Source of the DNA: Phaeosaccion multiseriatum
Lineage: Eukaryota; Protista; Ochrophyta, other classes
DNA length: 64,000 nucleotides
NCBI GenBank assembly: GCA_965112735.1
Contig: OZ218956.1
Location: 992,001 to 1,056,000 of the forward strand
Reading direction: 5' to 3'
Both the position numbers and the translations under genes were made by a program. The notes under the pieces are model-generated. The model ran no database searches and had not been told where the DNA came from. It saw nothing but the letters and a program-made list of their open reading frames with translations. Below, one piece after another: positions 1-12,912 of the stretch. The stretch's first letter is position 1. Each line of letters starts with the position of its first letter.

Positions 1-3000
1 TGCAGGTACGCCATGGAGTGGCTCAGGCGAAGACCTGGCTGGATCTACGCGCCCTGATTCTTTAACACGCCTCGTCCAACGAACGTGTGTCTGAGAATAT
101 TCGAGTGTTGGGTGTGGCTTTGTCTTGTTTCAAAGGCTCTCTGCGCTGCGATACCTTCTCAACGACCTTGTCACACCCCGTGGTGTCTTTCTGTTCCCTC
201 TCACCGTTCACGCCACAGGCTCACGCACTTGTGGCACGCCGAGCGTTGGGAGAGAGCACTCCTCAGCGCGGAAGGGAGGGAGCAGAGCTGTCGACCGAGG
301 TGGATCTAGGTGCCTATCTTGCTGCGCAGGCGTGGTGGCTCCACTTGGCGGGAGTCGAGAGGTGAACTGCCTGAGAGATTGGAGGAAATTGCTTTTTGCG
401 TGGTGTGTGATGGTCCCCACGAAGCGCTATTGGGCGTATTGTGGTTTAACACTGATTGAACCCTTTCTACGCCGTCGTCAAGCCCCCCCCCCGCCTCCCC
501 CCTTGTCTTGTCTTCCTGTCCTCATTTCTCGCACGTATCCTCCTCTGCTTCCCTGCCGTGCTGTGCTGTACTGGCGGTCCCTTCAAACAGAGACCGGGGG
601 CAGCATGAGAGTAGCGGCAGAGTGGGGCAAGGGGTAGAACAGCAGGAACAGCGCGAGGAGAGACTTCGGCAGAAGTACCGAGAGCAGAGCGTGGAGGTAG
701 CCAACCTCCGACAGGAGGTGCTGGCAAAGGATATTGAAGGGCGGAAGGACAGACAGGCGCTCACGCAGAGGCTCACAGCAGCCACCATGCGCATCGCTGC
801 TCTTGAGCAAGTAAGAGTCAGCAGCTTGGAGACTGCGGAGGGGGGGCGGGTGGGTGCGTGGGGCGGGAGTGTGTGGCCTGTCTGCTGCTGCTGCTCATAC
901 CTCCCTCTTGTCTGTCCGTCGCCCCTTTGATGTATCGCAGGCGCTATTCATGGCCAAGCAGAGCGGCAGCAGTCGGATCTCAGAGCTGGAGCGAACAGTT
1001 AAGTTCGACACCCATGAGTATCTGGGAGGTCCCCTTGCAGAGGAGGAAGGGTTTAACCTTTAGTCTCTCTCTGTTCGCAAGCACTGCTCGCCCTATGGGG
1101 GCACTTGTGTCTCTCGTCCTTGCGGCAGACCCACTCGGGAGTACTCGTTCCTGGAGCCTTCTCCCCTCCACCCAAGCCAGTCAAACCAGCGTGCGGTTAC
1201 TCCTCGCCATGCCGCCTGACGACTCTGCCCGTCCCTTCCGCCAGGTGAACACTCTGCGCGGTCGAGGGAATTTGGAGGATGCCTTGGCAGCAGCCAGGGA
1301 GGAGTTATCCAAGGAGAGGCTTTTGGTCATTAAGAGGGAGGGGGACATGAAAGTCGCACAGCAGCTGCTCCAGGAGGAGAAAATGCGATTCACAAAGGAG
1401 GTGAGTGAGGGTGCCTGCTGGTGTGGTTACAGCTCCCTCTCTCTCTTGCTCTGTTTGTCATCTCGAGTCGCTCGCCCCACCCCCCCCCTCCCTCGAAGGC
1501 ACCTGAGCCACTCCTTTCGCTTGGCCCTCCTCTCATCTCTTCTTCCACTGGCCCTCGCAGCTTCACCGAGCGGACCACTTGCAGGATATATTGGATCGAA
1601 GGACTGTGGCTTACTCTATCCGAATGGGACCCTCGGAGAGAGGAGGGCTGACGGCGGAGACGGAGGCCGGAGGGCAGGTGTCAGCGCTGCAGCTTATGGA
1701 GTCTTTCGCAGGCACTGCCCGAAGACAAGCGGAGCGGATCCGCCACTTGGAGCGCAGGTGAGCAGCTCTGCGAGCAGCTCTGTGGGGAGGCTCTTGGCTT
1801 GGGCTCAGTCCTCTGAGGCGTAGCTCCTCCTCGAGGCTAGCGTTTAATGCTTTCAACGCCTCACGTGTGATGCTGAATGCCTGGCCTTTTGCCAAGGACT
1901 GCTGCTCTGACAGTGCCGCACTCGTTATCCGCATATGCATACACATTACACAGCCTCCAGGGGGTGCAGCTTCACGCTCTGCTATCAGAGGGAGGCCTGG
2001 AAGGGGAAGGGGCCCAAGGGGCGCCTTTGTCCAACGACGGGGCGCTGAGCGCACCCCATGCCGTGCTGGATACGCTCATGCGTGGCGTAGCGGCGAGCAG
2101 CGGGGGAGGGGGAGACACGATAGCAGCAGGGTAAGACCTCAAATCCTTGTCAGGTCAGGTCACGCACGCTCACTCTCTCGTCTCTTCTACCCCTGATCCG
2201 CCTCACCCACGCGACAGTGCGATGCCACACGCTGCCCTGCTGGTGGCTGCAGAGGCCCAGAGATCGGCCTCTCAGCGCAAAGGCAAGGACCAGCTCGAGC
2301 TCGACAAGGCGAGGGAAGACTTGTGCGCCGCCAGGAGCGAGGCCGATGCGCTGCGACAAGAGAAGGTGCGTGAGTCTGCTGCCAAGCGACCTGGCCGTGT
2401 TGGTGCTGGTTATCGGGGGAGGGGGTGGGGCTGCAGAGGAGGAGAGGCTTGACCCCACACATGGGCTAATTTGACGCGACATTCCTGTGACCCCTCTACT
2501 CGCTTCTTCTTTGCGACCTTTTGTTGGCGGCCGAGCAGGACAAGATGGCAAAGGCGCTGCTCCCCAAGCCGGACGTAGCCCTCCTGGAGAAGCTGCACGC
2601 ACTCAGCAGAGAAGTCGAGGCCCTCAGGGGACACAACGACGAGCTCCGGGCGCAGATGCAGAGCCGTCGCTGGAGGAGAGGGGCCGTGGGGGCACCAGCT
2701 CCCTTTTCAGGCAGCCACCTCCCCCCCTCGGCATCAGCAGGTGGGATTTAGCGCAGCCGAACGGCAGGCAGTTTATCCCCTGTGCTCTTCTCCTCTCTGT
2801 CCTCGCCGCGGAATGGCCTCTGCTCTAACCGTCCCTGCTCTGTTGCCACTTCCCTTCGTGTTGGGGATGGACGTGATGTGATGTGATGCCTCTCATTCTT
2901 CCCCTGGGGCAGCAGCAGCCCGACCACGCAAGAGAGCCAAGGACTTTGGGGACGATGGCAGTAGAAGTTCGGGTAGGGATGCCGAGGAGGGACGGGCAGG

Positions 3001-6000
3001 GGCAAGGGTGTGTGTCAGTGCACACAGCGGCAAGGCCCATGAAGTCGTTCGCTTGCAAAGTCTCTTGAATGAGCGCAGCGCACAAGTCAAGGTACGATGA
3101 GACGAGTGTGCGTCTGTATTTGGGGAGCGGCTCGCCCCAGAACTCTCGAGGGAATTGGTTGCGAGGGAGAGGGGTGCGGGTAGATGAGAGATGCACCGCA
3201 TGGTACGTTCTTGTCAGTGACAGCTTCCTCACACACCTCCCTCCATGTGTCCATAGACTCTCGCGGCTGCGGTGGAGGCCCTGCAAACGGCCTCATCAGC
3301 AGACGCAAGCAGGCCGACGGGCGGGGGAGACGGGGAAGAACTCTTAGGCTTGAATCAAGTCGGGGTACACGGACTCGCCCAGCAGTGGTGAGTGCACTAA
3401 GGAGCAGAGAGAGGGTGGGGGGGAGAAAAGGGCGACTTTTGGGCACTCTGTAAGAAGGTTCTCGCTGTTCTCTTCTCTGTTTGTGCAGTGTCTCTTTGGC
3501 TGTAAAGCTGAGCAATGTGCAGGCGCAGTTTGGGATGGCAGAACGGAGGGCAGAGAGTCTCCGAGTGGAGAGGGAGACCTTCATGAGGGATAAGAGGGAA
3601 GCCGAGCGAGAGGCGGAGCACCTTAGCGCCAGACTGAAGCAGGTGGAAGCGGACCTGCAGCGCCTCCAGGCGGGTGCTGATGCCTTCCAACTAGAGGTAT
3701 GTTCCGTAGTGACGGTTTCCGGTCTCATGTCCTTGCCTATCCTTGCCTACCGACACTCTCGTGGTCGGCGCTTGACCTGAGTGCAACTCTGAACTGGCCA
3801 GAGGAGAGCATGCACGTCTTGCCTTCAAACGTCTTTATACCCGACTCTCGCTCCATTCCGATGCACTGGCGGCTCACCAGGCCCTGCAGCGGCTAGAGAG
3901 GGCTCAAGCAGAGTTCGGCGAAATGCAGAGGCATGTGCTCGATGCCGACGGCAGGGCACGGGCCGTGGAGGCGCAGGCGAAAAGGGCACAAGATAAGTGC
4001 GCCGCGTCAGAGAAGCAGGTTGAGGCAATGCAGCAAGAGCACATGCGCGATATGAAAAGGGTCGAAGAGGAGCATCTGCAACGGCTCAAGGAGGTCTCGG
4101 AGAAGCTGTATCGAACGTACGGAGGAGGAGGTGGGGAGATGGTAGGACGGGGAGGTCTGATCCTGGCGGGGACGGGGGCAGGGGAGACCACGATAGAGGA
4201 GCGCGTTGTGAAGCAACTCATTGGACAGTGGCGAGAGGCGCTGGCAGGGGGCAGTGCAAAGGGCAGCAATAGAGGGGGGGAGGAAGAGGAGGAGGAGAAG
4301 AACACAGGAGGAGGAGGAGGAGGAGGAGGACACGAAGGGCTCGGAGTAAAGGAGAGGAGAAACGGCGGAGGAAAAGTACAGAGCACATCAGATGCATGGC
4401 AGCGTCGGCTACTGGGCTACCTCCTCCGCACCCTGTCCAGCATCGATGCGGAGGGCTCGAGCGCCTCGCGTCATGCGTGTGCGCTGGAGAGTGAGCTCAA
4501 GCTTGTTTCGCTGAAGCGCCACGATGCTGTGCTCGAGTGTCAGCAGCTCCGAAGCGATCTCTCGAGGATGCAAAGTCGCTTGCTCCAGACCGAGGAACAA
4601 GTCGAGAAGCAGCAGCCGCAGGAACATGACAAAGCTTCAGCAGAAGCAATCATTGCCTCTCTACAGCAGCGCATGGGCTCACTCACGGAGGATCTGTTGA
4701 GCCAATGCGCAGCTGCAGCGGAGAGTAGGGGGGAGGCTGAAGGGCTGAGGTTTCGCTTGGAGAAGACGGAACAAGTTCAGGCCGCGTGTGAGGCGGATCG
4801 GCGGGCGTTACGGGTGGAGCTGGTCAGGGCACGGGCCAAGCTGTCAGCCCTTCCGGCTGACAAGGGGCTGGGGGAGGGAGGAGAAATGGAAAGGCTGTCA
4901 GACTCAGCACGAGAGCTGCGAAGGAAGATGAAGATGGAGTTACGGCAGTGGTGGGACAGTGAAATGATGCCTCTTTGTGAGGGGTTTACCTTCCAGTGGG
5001 GTGAGAAGGACGAAGACAATGGTGACGGAGAGGGTAGAGGAACGGAGGAAAGCCTGGAGACGATCACACATGTCACTGAGATGAGCGGTGCGGAAGCACT
5101 AGCGCAGGCCTTGATCGTCTGTCGCGTGGACTTGGCCTGCGGCCTGTCTCGGGAGTCACAGCAGCTGGCCAGCCTCGATGCCGCTCACAAGGAGATTGCG
5201 AGCTTGGAGTACGCCCTCAAGGACGTCCGTCGAACGTGGGCATGGCTGTCCGGTGAAGTAGGTGAAGGAGAGGCTGGAGGAGAAGAAGGGCCGCAAGGTG
5301 GCGAAAGATACGAGGGGATGCTCACGGCGGCGGCAGCGGCCGCGACGACGGCAGTCACGGCGGCAATCCTCTCCGGTGAGGCATCAATACGGGCTGCGCA
5401 GCAAGAGGTTGGGGAGGCGGAAGTCGAGGCCGAGAGGCTCAACCGCCAATTGGCTGTGGCGCAGATGAAGCTCGGGGAGGTGTCGCATCTCAAGGAGAGC
5501 AGCGATGCGGTCATTGCGGGGTTGCAACGACTTCATGCGCGCCTCAGGGGCGACGAGGAGAGGGCGAGAGAGAGCCTAGGGGAGAGGTTGGACTCGGTTC
5601 GCACAGAGCTGAGCACCAGGGCTGAGGCAGAAGTGCGAGAAGTGAAGGAGGTTCTCTCTAAGGAGAGAGGGAGGTTCACCAGCGAGCTTGCTGCTGTGCG
5701 AGGCGAGCTCATCCGAAGGGAGGCGGAAATCGCAGACCTGGCTCAAAGGAACCAGGAGCTCGAGCTCGTGACAGTACTCCCACCAGAGGGCGTGTCTCAA
5801 GGGGCTACTGTTACTCCTGCGCCGGCTGGTGGTGGTGGTAGCGATGGTGCTTCGTTTGGGAGTCATAGCGTAAGTGGTGCCCCTGGCCATAGCGGGAATG
5901 GGGTAGGGGTACGTAAGGATGGTAGCAAAGGCGACGAAGTGCGACAGCTCAAGAAGAAGTGCCACGCTCTCTTCGCCGAGCTGACGGGTGTGAGGCGAGA

Positions 6001-6967
6001 CAGAGACGAGGCGGAGAAGGAGTGGGAGCGGCTCGTGGCGGACAGCGGGAGCGCCAGAGCGAATGTGTCGAGACTGGAGGAGATGGTGGACGTGTTGAAG
6101 GAGACCGTCGTGGGCCTCAAGGGGGAGCTTGTAGCGCTCGAGGCGGAAGCAGGGGATGATGGACCCGCCTCAGAGAAGATGTCCACTCGGTTACTCGCGG
6201 CAAAGGTAACAGAAGCGCAGCTGCACACAAGATTGAAGGGGGTTCTGAAGCATCAAATGGAGCTGCGGAGAATGATGGAGAAGCGAGATCGTCGCATCGA
6301 GGAGCTGAAGAGAGACCTGAGTGCCCAAAGGCGCCTCTTGAAGGGCAAGCGACGGGGGGCGGGGGAGGGAGAGTCGGGCGGTGGAGAAGAGGGGGGGAAA
6401 TCCCCGGCCCACCACCAGCCGGAGCAGCCGAGGCAGAAAACCTCCCAGCGGAACGGCGGAGGTCCTGCTGCCTCCGACGAGCACGTACAGGACCATGGAG
6501 GCCCTACGCGAGGCAACGCTGCTGACGGAGGTGGTGGGGGTGACCGGCAGGGCGCGGTGGGCGGCAGTGTACAGCTGATGCGGCGCTACGAAGAGCAGAG
6601 AGCTGCTCTGATGAGGGCGGAGCAACAATTGGCGGAACTGGGCACTGCCGGGTCGGAGGGAGATGCGGCGCACAGGGCGGGACTGGAGTGGGCAACGAGC
6701 ATCTCTCGTGCTGAATGCTCGAGGTGTGCGGAATTCAGGCAACAGAGAGACGAGGTGGGTGCAATAGGCTGTATTCCTAAGGCCGCTGAGGGACTGAACG
6801 CGTGCTGCATTGCTCACCATAACTTTTACCTCTCTGTGACTGACTCCCTGTCTCATGGTAAGGCGGAGATTCGCCGTCTTTCGGCCGAGAAGATGGTGGA
6901 GGAGCTTAGGGCCCGCCACATCAGGGGTAGGAATAAGGAGGCGTCATCATCGGAGGGATTAGACAAG

Positions 6968-7004
<37 letters not shown>

Positions 7005-10000
7005 CAGCATCAGCATCAGGCTGTCTCGGCGACCGCTGCAGCGAGCACCCTCAACATCTGGCCTCTGACTCCAGGTATCAAGCGTCCCCAGGCAACGCCT
7101 CCTCTGCGTTCGGGGCGGGAGGGCTGGGAGAGGTCGGCACCACGTCAGTGTCCTTCCTCCTCCCCTCCTCCGCCTCCTCGCCAGGGCAGGGGGGGGGCGT
7201 GGCTGGTGAAGGCGATACCTGGGCGTGGGGTCCAGGGGCGGCGGAGAAGACTTATAATGGCGGCAGCGTAATGAGCAGCAGCAAGGAAGGGAGGATAGGC
7301 CTGGCAGCAGGAGACGGGGGTGGGCCAAGCTCGTCGGGGACGTCACCGCGCAGAGACAAGCGGGGGTTTTCTCATAGAAGCCTCAGTCCTGTGCGGCAGA
7401 ACGCGGCCGTAGCTGCGGCCATTATGAAACTGTCTGCTGCGGACTTGGCGGCAAGAGCAGCAGCGACGGCAGCTGGAGAAGGAGAAGGAGGAGGAGAAAG
7501 AGAAGAGCATGGGGCCTCGCCCGTGCGGGGTGAGGGGGACGCCGGCGCCAGAGTGGCCCTTCCGCTCCTGCAAGAGGCTGAAGCGCTGGACATGAGTCTG
7601 GCCCGACTGGCGGCCATGGGGGACGCCATCGAGGCGCAGGGTATACAGGAGCTGAGACACGCCGTACGTAGCATAGCGGATATGGCGGCAGGGGTCGACG
7701 CCGAGGTGCGCAGGGTAGGCAAGCAGAGGAAGAGCGCGGAGGAGGAGGTGCGGCGTCTCAGGGATGCATTGCTGAGGCAGCAGCGGGCCGCGAAGGCGGG
7801 GCTGAGCAAGGTGAGTCATGCAGACAGGCAGGAACACACGCCATAGCTGATGCGCTTTGCGGTGTCTTATTTTTGGGGGAATGGTATGCTAAACTAAAGC
7901 ACGACAGACAGAAAGTGCTGATTTTTGCTTGTGCCGTGCTGTCTCTCCCAATCAGCTGAAGCGACGCTTCGAGCAGGAGGCGCTGGAGGTGGGAGTGGAT
8001 CTGCGGGGAGTGCTCACGGGAGAGCAGGAGAGGCTGCTGCTCGGCGGTCGAGAGGGGGAGGGAGGGGAGGGAGATACGGCGGACGGGAGGGAAGGAGAAG
8101 GTGAGATGGGTTGGTGTAAAAACGTGCTGGAGAAGAATCGTCGTGCCGTCATTGAGATGGTTCAGAACAAGAGACTGATAGATACGCGACTGACTCGCTA
8201 CTGCTCCCAATCGTCCGAAACCCTGTCTTGGCCTGGTGCCCTCCTTGCCCTCTCCTCTTGTCAAGGCTTGCGAGCAACGCGAGTGTTTAGCACGACAGAG
8301 GCCGCCGAGTTGGGCGATCGACTGCGCACGTGTGAAGCGGACAAGGTCGACCTCTCAAAACGCGTGCAGCGCCTGAGCAAGGAGCGGGTGGAGCTCGTCA
8401 AGAGGCAGGGGCTGGAGCTGCACCAGCTTAGACAACAGTTGCGCAAGTGCGACCAGGCCCAGGCCCAAGCCGTAAGCGCCCTCCGCGACCAGCTCAAGGG
8501 CACGAGGAAGACTATCAAGGTGAGTGGGTGGTGGGGCCCAGAGAGAAAGAAAGGAGTGCCTGCCTGGGTGCGTGCGTGCGCGCATGATATCCGAATGGTT
8601 TGGGGAGAGTAAGGCGGGGAATATCGCCCCACCGCTCCTGACCATATCGCGCCTCTGCGTGCGCCCCTCTGTCTCTCGCTTCAGGAACTGAACAAAGCAA
8701 AGGCCAACGCGGGGCTGACTGTGCCTCTGCGAGCGTCGATGTCGCGTGTGCCCGTCACGAATAGGGGCGGAGGAGGAGGAGCCAGTACGGCGGCCGAAAC
8801 AATTGGGTATGCGGTAAGTCCCTACCTGGAGGACAAAAGACAGAATGTTGAATGTTGGCTTTGCCGCACTTCCTAATTTATTTCTTACAACAACAAAAAG
8901 ACCAGAAGGCGGGTAAATCTCTCACCCCACACTCGTCCGAGACGGTCCGCTCTCCCCACAAGAGTGAACGAGTGTTTTCCTCACCCCGCCCCGCACCCTC
9001 CCCCCCTCACAGGAAATGCGCAACAGACTGGCGGCCAGCGACGACAAGGTGTTCACTCTAAAGGCCCAACTGCAGGAAGAAGAGAGAGCTTTGAGAACGT
9101 GCCAAGCAGAGCGGGATGCCCTGCGCTCTCGCCTGGAGGAGCAGCAAGGTGGGGCAGTCAACGGATCGGCAAAATGGGGCCTTTGCTTTGACTCACTATT
9201 GCTCGGCCTTGCTTTGTTTGTTGCCTATGCACGTGCACATGCACAGGCCTCGTCCAGGGCGCTGACCCGAGTGGGCACGGAGACGAGAAAGCAGCTGCGA
9301 GTGCCACCGCTGTTGTTCCATATAGCAGCGACGAGGTTGAGAAGTTGCTGCTGCAGGCGAGATTGGCTACAGCCGAGGCACAGGTCTTGGAGCTTCAGAC
9401 CGCAGCCTACGAGTCCGACAAGGAGCAGCTTGAGCTTATGAGAGAGGCGTCTGCGCTGCGCATTCAGAGCATGGGCCGGGCTGCCTCGGGACCTGTAGAA
9501 TTGCCTGCTCGAGAGGGACATGGCGGAGAAGGAGGAGGCCAGTGGGGGGGGGCACACACACAGCGAGGTCATGAGAAGGGCAACTTTGGTAGCGGAGAGG
9601 GCGACCCCGTGCAGATCAAGAAACAAGCAGCCAAGGTCGCCAGGGCGGAGGTCTCGCGGCTGAAAGCGCATGTGGAGTACCTGGAGAAGAGCAGGGCGAG
9701 CAAGGACGAGATGGAGTCGCTGAGCAGCGAGGTGAGGAGGGTGAGGGCCAGCCTCGTAGCGGCCAAGGAGGACGGAGCGCGCAAGGCGAAGGTCATTGCC
9801 TCCATGCGCGCCCAACGCGTGGCAGAGGAGGCTCAGGCCCGCGCGTGGGAGAGGGAGGCTGCGGAGGCGCTGGAGAAGCTGGACAGGGTACAGCGAGACG
9901 CGGCCAACAAGGCGCTACTGCTGAAGGACCTCAAGGAGAAGCGGGCGGAGCTGGCAGAGCAGCTGAGGAAGGCAAGGGAGGAGAGTGCCGACGCTGCGGC

Positions 10001-11216
10001 GCGGCTGCGGCAGGTGGGCGAGGCGACTGGGACCGTAGAAAAGGAGGGAGCCAAGCAACTAGCCGAGCAGGGAGGGCTTGGGAGGAAAAGCCAAGCTTCC
10101 GCCGCTATGCCGAACATGTCCTCTGCTGGACATGTGGCCGACAAGCTCAAGGAGGCGTTGGGTGATCGCAATCGCCTGAGGCAGCACCTCGCGACTCAAA
10201 GGGGGAGGATGGCCAAGATGGAACAGGAGGAGGAGCGCCTCAGAGAGCAGCTGAGCAGGGCCGCAGATACGGAGGCCGCTCTCTCGGTGCTGAAGCGAGC
10301 AGTGGCAAGGAAGCACGCGGCCTACAGGTCTGCCAAGCAGGAGACGATGCAGCTCAAGCAGGACTTTGAGTCTTACCGTCAAGCAAGCGAGAGCTGGCAG
10401 ATACAGGCGGAGATGAAGGTGCGGCAGCAGTTGCGCAAGGAGACCGAAGGGGGAAAGGAGGACACGAAGGGCAAGAGTAGTGATAGTTTGCGCCTGTTGA
10501 GAGAGGCCGTGTCTACCGCCGTGCTACGCCTGTACGACATTGTAGAGGAGCAGGAGACAGGCGGGGCGCTCTCCCGTGCCGCTGCGGGGAGGAGCATCTC
10601 TCAGGTGGTGGACTTGACGGAGGCCGAGGTAGTGGACATCATGGGCGCTGTGAATCAAATGAGCCGAGGCGGAGATCGAGCGAGGCACGACTTCTCACTA
10701 CAGCTCCGGGACGCTTTGGTGCGGAACGATACCACGGCTTTGGTGAGCCTGCTGCAAATGGTCTCGAAGAGGGCGGCGGCGGTGGCGCTGGCACTCGAGA
10801 AGGAATTGGGGGAGGGAAAAGCGCTTCCGAGCGGTAGAGAGAAAGATGAAGACGTGGGGAAGGAGGAGGAGCAGCAGAACCAGCAGCAGCATTGGCGGGG
10901 ACAGGAGGGCGGCTCTCTGGGAGATGGTGAGGAACAGCCACACAGCACCGAGGGGCCGGATCTGCAGTTCCTCTGGAAGGCAGTAGCAGCAGCGGCAGGC
11001 ACGGAGGCTGAAGTGCCCCCTCCTCCTTTCCAAAGTCGTGGAGCATATTCCTCCACCCCCGCTGCTCAACCTGTCTCTATGTCCCTTGATGTTGGTACTG
11101 CTTCTGCGGCTGCTGCGCGACCGGCCCCACCGCAAGGACCACACGAGCGCTACCAAGACCAGCAAGCCGAGCTAGAGAGGCTCTTTAACTTGCCACCGGC
11201 ACCACAAGCGTCCTAA
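1..11216 (+). CDS. Giant multi-exon coiled-coil protein, probably centrosome/basal-body associated (CEP290/centlein-like); 5' end lies outside the window
   Basis: Chain of E/Q/R/L-rich heptad exons with GT..AG boundaries (e.g. ~219-361, ~589-810, ~1244-1400, ~3490-3696), large exons in ORFs 3923..7846 and 9345..11216, stop TAA at 11214-11216. No enzymatic motifs. The family resemblance is weak and this could be two genes. Confidence 0.6.
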
Positions 11217-11370
11217 AGGAAAATGGGCATGTGCATCTCACAGACAAAATTATAATATTATGGCCCCTCTCAAAGGGACTGAACTTCCACACATAATTCG
11301 CCTTGACTTATACACAGGCTACATACAGGGGGGGGGGGTAAGCAAGAAGACTCTGACACTGCTACAGCGC

Positions 11371-12723
11371 TCAAGGCCGGAGTGGCAGCCAGCGAAGGGG
11401 CGCCAGCGGAATAGTGGGCATCCGCACCATCGCCAGTGCCCCCTCGGGGGCGGCCGGCGCTGTGATGGGCCCCAACGGCGCCGCAAGTCCGAAGCTGGGC
11501 ACCTCGGGCATGGTGTGGCAGGGCTTGACTCTCCGTGACGAGGCTGACGCCGAGGCTGTGGCGGGGCACTCCTTGAAGCAGGGGTCCTGCAGCAGCGGGT
11601 CCTGGTCCACAGCAGGAGCGACTTGGCCGAAACGAAACTCGCAGCTGAGGTCGTCGAAATCAGGCACCATCTCAAGGGGCATTCCCAGGACGTTTTGGAA
11701 GAAGGTCTGCGTGGGGACTTTGCAGAGATTCATGCACGCGCCCTTGCACCGTGAGGCCTCGAGATAGCGGCAGCGCTCCACTTTGACAGTGGACCTCCAC
11801 AGCTCAGGCGGCCGATCTGGCTCGTGAGGGAAGGTGATCTCCTTTTGAATGAGCTGGGAAGGTCCCACCAGCCAAGCGAAGAGCGGGGGGCACATAAAGG
11901 CATTGATCTCCGCCGAGAGCTTGGTGGGAGGGAAGAGCACACGGTACAGGGTGGGGAAGAAGGATGGAAAGATGCTCCCCAGCACCGCCATTACCACTTG
12001 TCGCTGCTCCTCCGGGGGACCCTCCTGCAGCTTCCACGCCAGCTTGACGTAGCTCTCGTACGTGATGGGCTCAGGCAAATCTGCTTCAGTCCCGCCCACC
12101 GCTGCGTTGATGCGCTTTGCAAACAGTTGGATCCATAACTTGTCCGTGAAGCTATCGTTATACACATTGTCCTGATCCGGGGAGGCAAAAGGGTAGGTGG
12201 CCAGCGCTACTGCTGGTGGGTCTTCTATCCTCAGCCGTTTCACCCCCTTCTGGAAATCAGGCGTTGCCTCATCGCTCGAAGCACTTTCTTTCTGCCCGCT
12301 CGTCTGCTCATCGCAGGAGGAATAGTACTGCTGCTGCTGCTCTTCGTAGACAGGAAAGTCCAGACCGAAGCTACTGCTGCAGTCGGTTTCCATCGTCATT
12401 GAACATGACCGTTTCCCTTGGACAGAGCAAACTCTCCCGTCTGACACACCCTTTCGAGAAAAGCTCCCGCTGCTGCTACTGCTGCTGCTGCTGCTACTCC
12501 TGCAGCCAACTGCATTCGTTCTACGACTAGTCATATGTCCACTGCCACCGCCCAGCCCTCCTCTTCCGCGCGGTTGCTGCTGGTGCTGCTGCAGATGCCT
12601 TTGGTGCTGCCCCGACCGCGAAAAGCGGGTCGACAAGGCAGGGACAAAGCTCGCCACCCCACGCAGGCCAAGCCCGGCGCAGCACCAAGCGGCCACCACG
12701 CTGTTCACACGCCCGCGCTTCAT
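11371..12723 (-). CDS. D27: Beta-carotene isomerase D27 family protein (DUF4033), plastid-targeted, intronless
   Basis: FAWLVGP ... VKVERCRYLEASRCKGACMNLCKVPTQTFF..LGMPLEMVPDFDDLSCEFRFGQVAP..DP....PC is the D27 Cys-rich signature. N-terminus is a hydrophobic signal followed by VAS-FVP (ASAFAP-like) and a Ser/Arg-rich transit peptide. First ATG at 12723. Confidence 0.9.
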   Translation of the reverse strand: MKRGRVNSVVAAWCCAGLGLRGVASFVPALSTRFSRSGQHQRHLQQHQQQPRGRGGLGGGSGHMTSRRTNAVGCRSSSSSSSSSSGSFSRKGVSDGRVCSVQGKRSCSMTMETDCSSSFGLDFPVYEEQQQQYYSSCDEQTSGQKESASSDEATPDFQKGVKRLRIEDPPAVALATYPFASPDQDNVYNDSFTDKLWIQLFAKRINAAVGGTEADLPEPITYESYVKLAWKLQEGPPEEQRQVVMAVLGSIFPSFFPTLYRVLFPPTKLSAEINAFMCPPLFAWLVGPSQLIQKEITFPHEPDRPPELWRSTVKVERCRYLEASRCKGACMNLCKVPTQTFFQNVLGMPLEMVPDFDDLSCEFRFGQVAPAVDQDPLLQDPCFKECPATASASASSRRVKPCHTMPEVPSFGLAAPLGPITAPAAPEGALAMVRMPTIPLAPLRWLPLRP

Positions 12724-12912
12724 TCCCACACGCGACGCTGTACCCCTGGCCTTATGATGGTGATTGTGACACAGCCCTGGTCAGAGGTTTCACATTTGCC
12801 CGCCAGCTGTGATTCTTGATGACCAACTTCCCCCGGCTCTTTTTTTTTTTGGTGCTTTCTGGCTTTTTGGTCTCAAAGTGAGTGGAGAACCACACCTAAC
12901 CAGCGGGAAAGG
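12724..12912. promoter_or_regulatory. Probable bidirectional promoter between D27 and the proteasome alpha gene
   Basis: 189-bp gap between divergent ATGs, containing a T-rich tract. Inferred from layout only. Confidence 0.45.

Noticed and set aside
3923-7846. 1307-aa ORF as a stand-alone gene or SMC/myosin motor
   Set aside because: Flanked by splice sites and further coiled-coil exons; no P-loop or motor motifs.
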